From assembly GCA_965112735.1 (NCBI GenBank), contig OZ218952.1, forward strand, positions 3,038,001 to 3,102,000: a stretch of DNA of 64,000 bases, given 5' to 3'. Each line of letters opens with the position of its first letter. Position 1 is the stretch's first letter. The position numbers were made by a program, and so were the translations under genes. This DNA comes from Phaeosaccion multiseriatum (taxonomy: Eukaryota; Protista; Ochrophyta, other classes). The notes below the pieces were generated by a model that did not search any database, was not told where the DNA came from, and worked only from the letters and a program-made list of their open reading frames with translations. Positions 59,001-64,000 of this stretch are shown here, piece by piece.

Positions 59001-62000
59001 GCCATCCCATCCCAACCACTGCCATCCACTCCATCCCGTTCACTACCAACCCATCCCTATCCACTGCCGTCCACTGCCATCCCCATCACATCCCATCCAC
59101 TGCCGTCCCCATCCCATGCCATCCACTACTATCCCATCCACTGCCATCCCATTCCATTCACCCCATCTCTTCCCATTCCTTCCCATCCACTGCCATCCCA
59201 TGCTTACCCACCCCACACACATCCCCATTCCCTCTTGTTGCCTGTTCTACAGATGATCAACATCGCTGCCGGCAGGCCGATGAGCCCCTCCCTGGCTGCC
59301 GGGCAGGAGTCCGTGCCCTTTGTGGGCCACGCTCTCGAGTCAAGGGTGTATGCTGAGGACCCGATTCGCAACTTTCTCCCCTCCTCCGGCCCATTGGTGG
59401 ACTACATTGTGAGTTGGAGCTGTGGGGTTTCAGTTCTTAGCCCTTGAGACTTTCCAGTTTACTCTACGAGCCCCTGATCTAAGCATTGATACTGATTAAG
59501 CTCACCTGTTTATTGTGAATCCTGTGTCTCACTATCTTGGCCTTCTTTCTTTTCTTTCTTTCTTTCTTTCTTTCTTCCTTCTCTCCTCTTCGCTCTTTTC
59601 TTTCGCATGGCCGTTGGCTGACTGACTGGCTGACTGACGACTGACTGACTGACTGACAGGAGCCCCCTTTGGACGAGTTCAGTGACGCTGGAGAGAAGTG
59701 CCCCCCAACGCGCGTGGACACTGGCGTCTTGGAAGGGAGGTGAGTGGGTTGGGGTCGAGCGGCACAGGCATGGCAGAGACAGAGAGAGAGACCGAGACGG
59801 AGACAGAGAGACGAAAGAGTGCAGCTGCTCACTCGCTCTTTTTGCGTCCCATCCAATCAATGCATCGCCTCCGCGGTCTCTTCCGTGCTATCTGCACTAT
59901 CCCCTCCCCTTCACTTAACCTCCAACCTAACCCCGCCACGGAAACACGCCCCTTGGACTCCCTCCCTCCCTCCCTCCCCCTCTCCGTCCCTCTCTCTCTC
60001 CCTACCTCCGTCCCTCTCCCTCCCTCCATCCCTCCCTCCCTCCGTCCCTCCCCCCCTTTCTCTCTCTCTGCGTCCCTCCCTCCCTCCCTCCCTCCGTCCG
60101 TCCGTCTCTCCCTCCCTCCGTCCCTCCCTCCTTCCCCTTCCTCCCTCCCCTCCCTTCCTCCTTCCCCTCCCTCCCTCCCTCCCTCCCATATCACCAACAG
60201 CTCCATCAGCATGTTCTATGACCCGCTCATCGCCAAGCTCACCACCTTCGGCAAAGACCGCACCAACGCCATTCACCGCATGCGGCACGCGCTGGACAGG
60301 TTGGTGCTACGATGTATGGTTTACAATCACAGACAGCTCATGACCTTAGAAAGCGTCGCATCGCAGCGCATAGAAAGAACCCTTTGATCATGTGATTCGC
60401 CTCTGTGTGTGTGTTTGTGCCTGTGTGTGTGCATGTGTGTGTACCTGTATGCCTGTGTACGTATGTGTGTGTATACATGCAGCTACGTAATCTCAGGCCT
60501 GGGGCACAACGCCGCCTTCCTGCGTGACGTGTGCCGCAACAAGGACTTCGTCGAGGGAAAGTACTCCACCTCCTTCATAGAGAAGGAGTACCCCGACGGG
60601 TGAGTAAGTGAGGGCGTGAGGGCGTGAGGGCGTGAGGGCGTGAGGGAGTGAGTGAGTGAGTGAGTGAGTGAGTGAGTGAGTGAGTGAGTGAGTGAGTGAG
60701 TGAGTGAGTGAGTGAGTCAGTGCATGAGTGAGTCAGTGCATGAGTGAGTGAGTGAGTGAGGGAGTGAGTCAGTGAGGGAGTGAGTCAGTGAGGGAGTGAG
60801 GGAGTGAGGGAGTGCATGAGGGAGGGAACGAGTGAGTGAGTGCGTGAAGGAGGGAATGGGTGAGTGAGTGAGTGAGTGAGTGAGGGAGGGAGGGAGGGAG
60901 GGAGGGAGGGAGTGAATGCGTGCGTGCACACACGGGAAGGGCGAGGGCGAGGGGTGAAGGCGACTTACACAAAGCCAGATACATGCATGTACGGTGTCTT
61001 CCGTGCTCGTATCTTCGTGCAGTGCCATTCACTACAGCGCCCCCCCCCCTCCCACTCCCCTCCTCCCCCCTCTCCCCCAAAAACAGCTTCCACGGCGTGA
61101 CCCTCTCCGAGACAGAGACGCTTGACATGGTTTCTGTGGCTGCCGTGATTCACAAGATCCGTCTCATGAGAGACGACTCCACCACTGGACAGGTGCCCGC
61201 CTTCGTCCCTGCCTCCCACAATGAGCACGTTGTGGTCCTAGGCGGGCCCAAGGGAGAGGCTTACCACACTGTCATCAGCGAGCAGTACTCCGGTGAGGCC
61301 ATACATACACCCCTGTCATCCCCTGCCATCTACTGCCATCCTCTGCCACCCACTGCCATCCCTTGCCATCCCCTGACCCTCCTCCCTCCCCCTGCCCCTC
61401 CCTTAGGTGAGGAGAACGCGTGGGACACTTCGGTGTGTGTCACTCCGATGGGAGAGGATGGGCAGGTGAGCAAGCATAGAAGCAAGCATTTAAGGTCTAC
61501 TCATCCTATCGTGTTGGTTATACACGATAAGATACCAGTCCGCAAAAAACTCATGACTGATTCCTCATGACGCCTTGCCTTGCTTCTACCCTACCTATCT
61601 TTTATCTTCCCTTTTCTTATCATACCTCAATCTCTCTTGTCTTGCCTTGGATCGCCTTGCTCTGCCTTGTCTTGCCTTGCCTGGCCTTACCCTGTATCAC
61701 CAACTGCTTTGCCCTGCAGCTGATCCTGTCTCGGCAGCAGGAGCTTGAGCTGGAGGACGTGGAATGGCCCATGGAGGGGAAGCTCTTCTTGTCAGAGATC
61801 AACGGTCGCCCCAGGGTGGTGCAGTACCATGGCAGCAGAGGCGAAGGTAGTGCAATGCATATACAAACCCAAAATGAATGACTGAATGAACGAATGACTA
61901 ACTGAATAGTGACAACCCCTTCCTTTAGGGGGGGAAACACGGTCACTACCCATCAACCCCCCTCAGTCACCACGTTCGCTTCCCACTCTCTCTCTTTCTC

Positions 62001-63238
62001 CCTTTTTCTCTCTCATTACGTCTCTCTCTCCCCTCCCTCTCTTTTTTTCTCCTTCTTTTCTCTCTCTCCCTCCTTCCGTCCCTCCGTCCCTCCCTCCCTC
62101 CGTCCCTCCCTCCCTCCGGCCCTCCTTCCATCCATCCCTCCCTCCCTCCCTCCCTCCCTCCCTCCCTCCCTCCCTCCCTCTCTCCCTCCCTCCCTCCCTC
62201 CCTCCCTCCCTCCCTCCCTCCCTCCCTCCCCACTCCATCCCCACTCCCTCCCCACTCTCTCCGTCCCTCCCTCCCTCCCTCCCTCCCTCCGTCTTTCTCT
62301 CCCTCCGTCCCTCTCTCCCTCCGTCCTTCTCTCCCTCCTTCCCTCCCTCTTTCCCTCCCTCCGTCCGTCCCTCCCTCCCTCCCTCTCTCCCTCCCTCCCT
62401 CCATCCCCACCCCATCCCCCAGGCCATGACCTCATCATGTGTGGTGCTGTCCATCACGTGGCCGTACGCACTCCTCGAGAGCACTCCCTGAGCATGCACA
62501 TGCTTCCCCCTGTGGTGGAAGATCATTCGAAGGTTTTGCGATGTCCCATGCCCGGGAAGGTCATCAGCGTGGCAGTTACGGTGAGGGGGCGAGAGAGAGG
62601 GAGGGGGGGGAGGGAGAGAGAGAGATTGAAGAAAGAAAGGGGAGAGACCAAGAGTGGGGGGGAAATTCTTCTTTTCGCATCGACTGAGACGTATATCCTG
62701 CTCCTTCGCTCCCTCCCTCCCCTAGCATGGACACGTAGGACAAATACAACCTCGCATAAGCGCACCCGACCTTTGGACATACACCCTCCTTCTCTTCACC
62801 GCATCCGTCCACCCACACTCCATGTCTATGTATGACTTGACCATCTATCCATCCTATGTATCTATCCATATATGTATCTATCCATCCACCTACCTATCCA
62901 TCTTTATTTTCCATCTATCCATCTATTTCTCTACATATCTGTGTATCTATCCCTCTATCTCTCTATGTATCTGTCTATCTGTCTATCTACCTATATCTCT
63001 CTCTATCTTCAACCCTGTTTTCACGTGCTCATACCATCCTATCCTTCTTGACATGGGACAGGAGGGAGAGAGTGTGGAAGACGGGCAGGAGCTGGCGGTG
63101 GTGGAGGCCATGAAGATGCAGAACGTGCTCAGGGCCCAGCAGAGGGGCAGGGTGGACAAGGTGCGCTGCAAGGCCGGGGACACGCTCAAGGTGGACGCCG
63201 TCATGATCGAGTTTGACTTCCACCATGAGGAGGATTAG
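56065..63238 (+). CDS. PCCA: Propionyl-CoA carboxylase alpha chain, mitochondrial (multi-exon)
   Basis: Transit peptide; [91 protein letters not shown]; biotinyl domain with EAMKM. Confidence 0.9.
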
Positions 63239-64000
63239 AGCCTTATCTGTGGATAGTGTTCTGTGTCGGATCCGTTCCTCACTCGACGAGAGACGTCCGC
63301 TGGGCTCCTGTCTTCCGAGTCTCCATGCTCTTCAGTGATGACTATTCTAAATTGTTCAAATAGCACCGCGCCCCTGTCAAGTCAGCTAGCGAGGCCTTGA
63401 TGGGGCCAGAGCAGAAGGTGACCCCGGTGGCCACACTCACTTGTTCTCCTGACTTTCACCCTCCTCGTCATCACCATTGCTCCGTCTCGAGAAAGCCGAG
63501 AAGAGAAGAATTGGATGGGAATGAGGGAGGAATCATCCCTTGGTCTTTGAGCATGGCTGTCTGCTCTTCTAGTAGTACGCTACCTCCAAACACTTGTGTA
63601 ATGTGTCCAACTTCGACATTCTTGCCTTGTCCTGCAAGGGCATCAGAATACACGCATAGTCACAGCCACGCCGATAGTCGTGCTGTCGATACCTTCAGAC
63701 ATCGCATCCGTAGCTGTCGTGTCAGCGCCACTGATGATCGTACCCTCGCAAAAAAGTACCTCCTTTGCCTCCACCGCAGTCTTCTCTCTGCATGGGCCTG
63801 ACCTTAGCCCGCTTGGCCTGCTGCCCTCTCACCCAAGGTCGCCGCTGCCTGCCTGCGATTCTCCACCCACTAAAGAGCCATCCGCTGATTGTCCGGCCTT
63901 TCCAACCTCGCTCCGCACCATCACGTTACGCAAGGTGGTCCGTCGCAAGCCGTTCCGTCATTTCTTCCACCGGAAAGCGCACTCGGTTTTTTCACACATG

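Noticed and set aside
63397-64000. Possible gene or pseudogene at the right edge
   Set aside because: All minus-strand frames are interrupted by stops and no motif is recognised.

Overview
Eukaryotic, intron-rich, GC-rich DNA with microsatellite-filled introns. It is most likely from a flagellated ochrophyte (photosynthetic stramenopile); this is inferred from a bipartite signal-peptide+AF plastid leader and an axonemal dynein. Host genes reconstructed by eye across GT-AG introns: gamma-secretase APH-1, a secreted TNFR-like Cys-rich protein, a ~24 kb DNAH6-like inner-arm dynein heavy chain, an ankyrin-repeat protein, a plastid HHL1-like protein, Sm-E, BolA, a long SEC14/CRAL-TRIO protein, eEF1B-gamma and propionyl-CoA carboxylase alpha. 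The standout is a 4.8 kb element (31331-36128) between the dynein start and the ankyrin gene. It has 21-bp terminal inverted repeats, a perfect 6-bp flanking duplication (GAACCT) and 32-bp palindromic tandem arrays at both ends in DIRECT orientation. It carries a stand-alone restriction-like endonuclease of the non-LTR (CRE-like) type and a disrupted gene that can be rebuilt into one protein: NHL-like beta-propeller + transposase-like catalytic-Glu region + BAH-like segment + C-terminal PHD finger. I do not recognise this combination as a standard DNA transposon superfamily. All family assignments come from motif recognition, not database searches.
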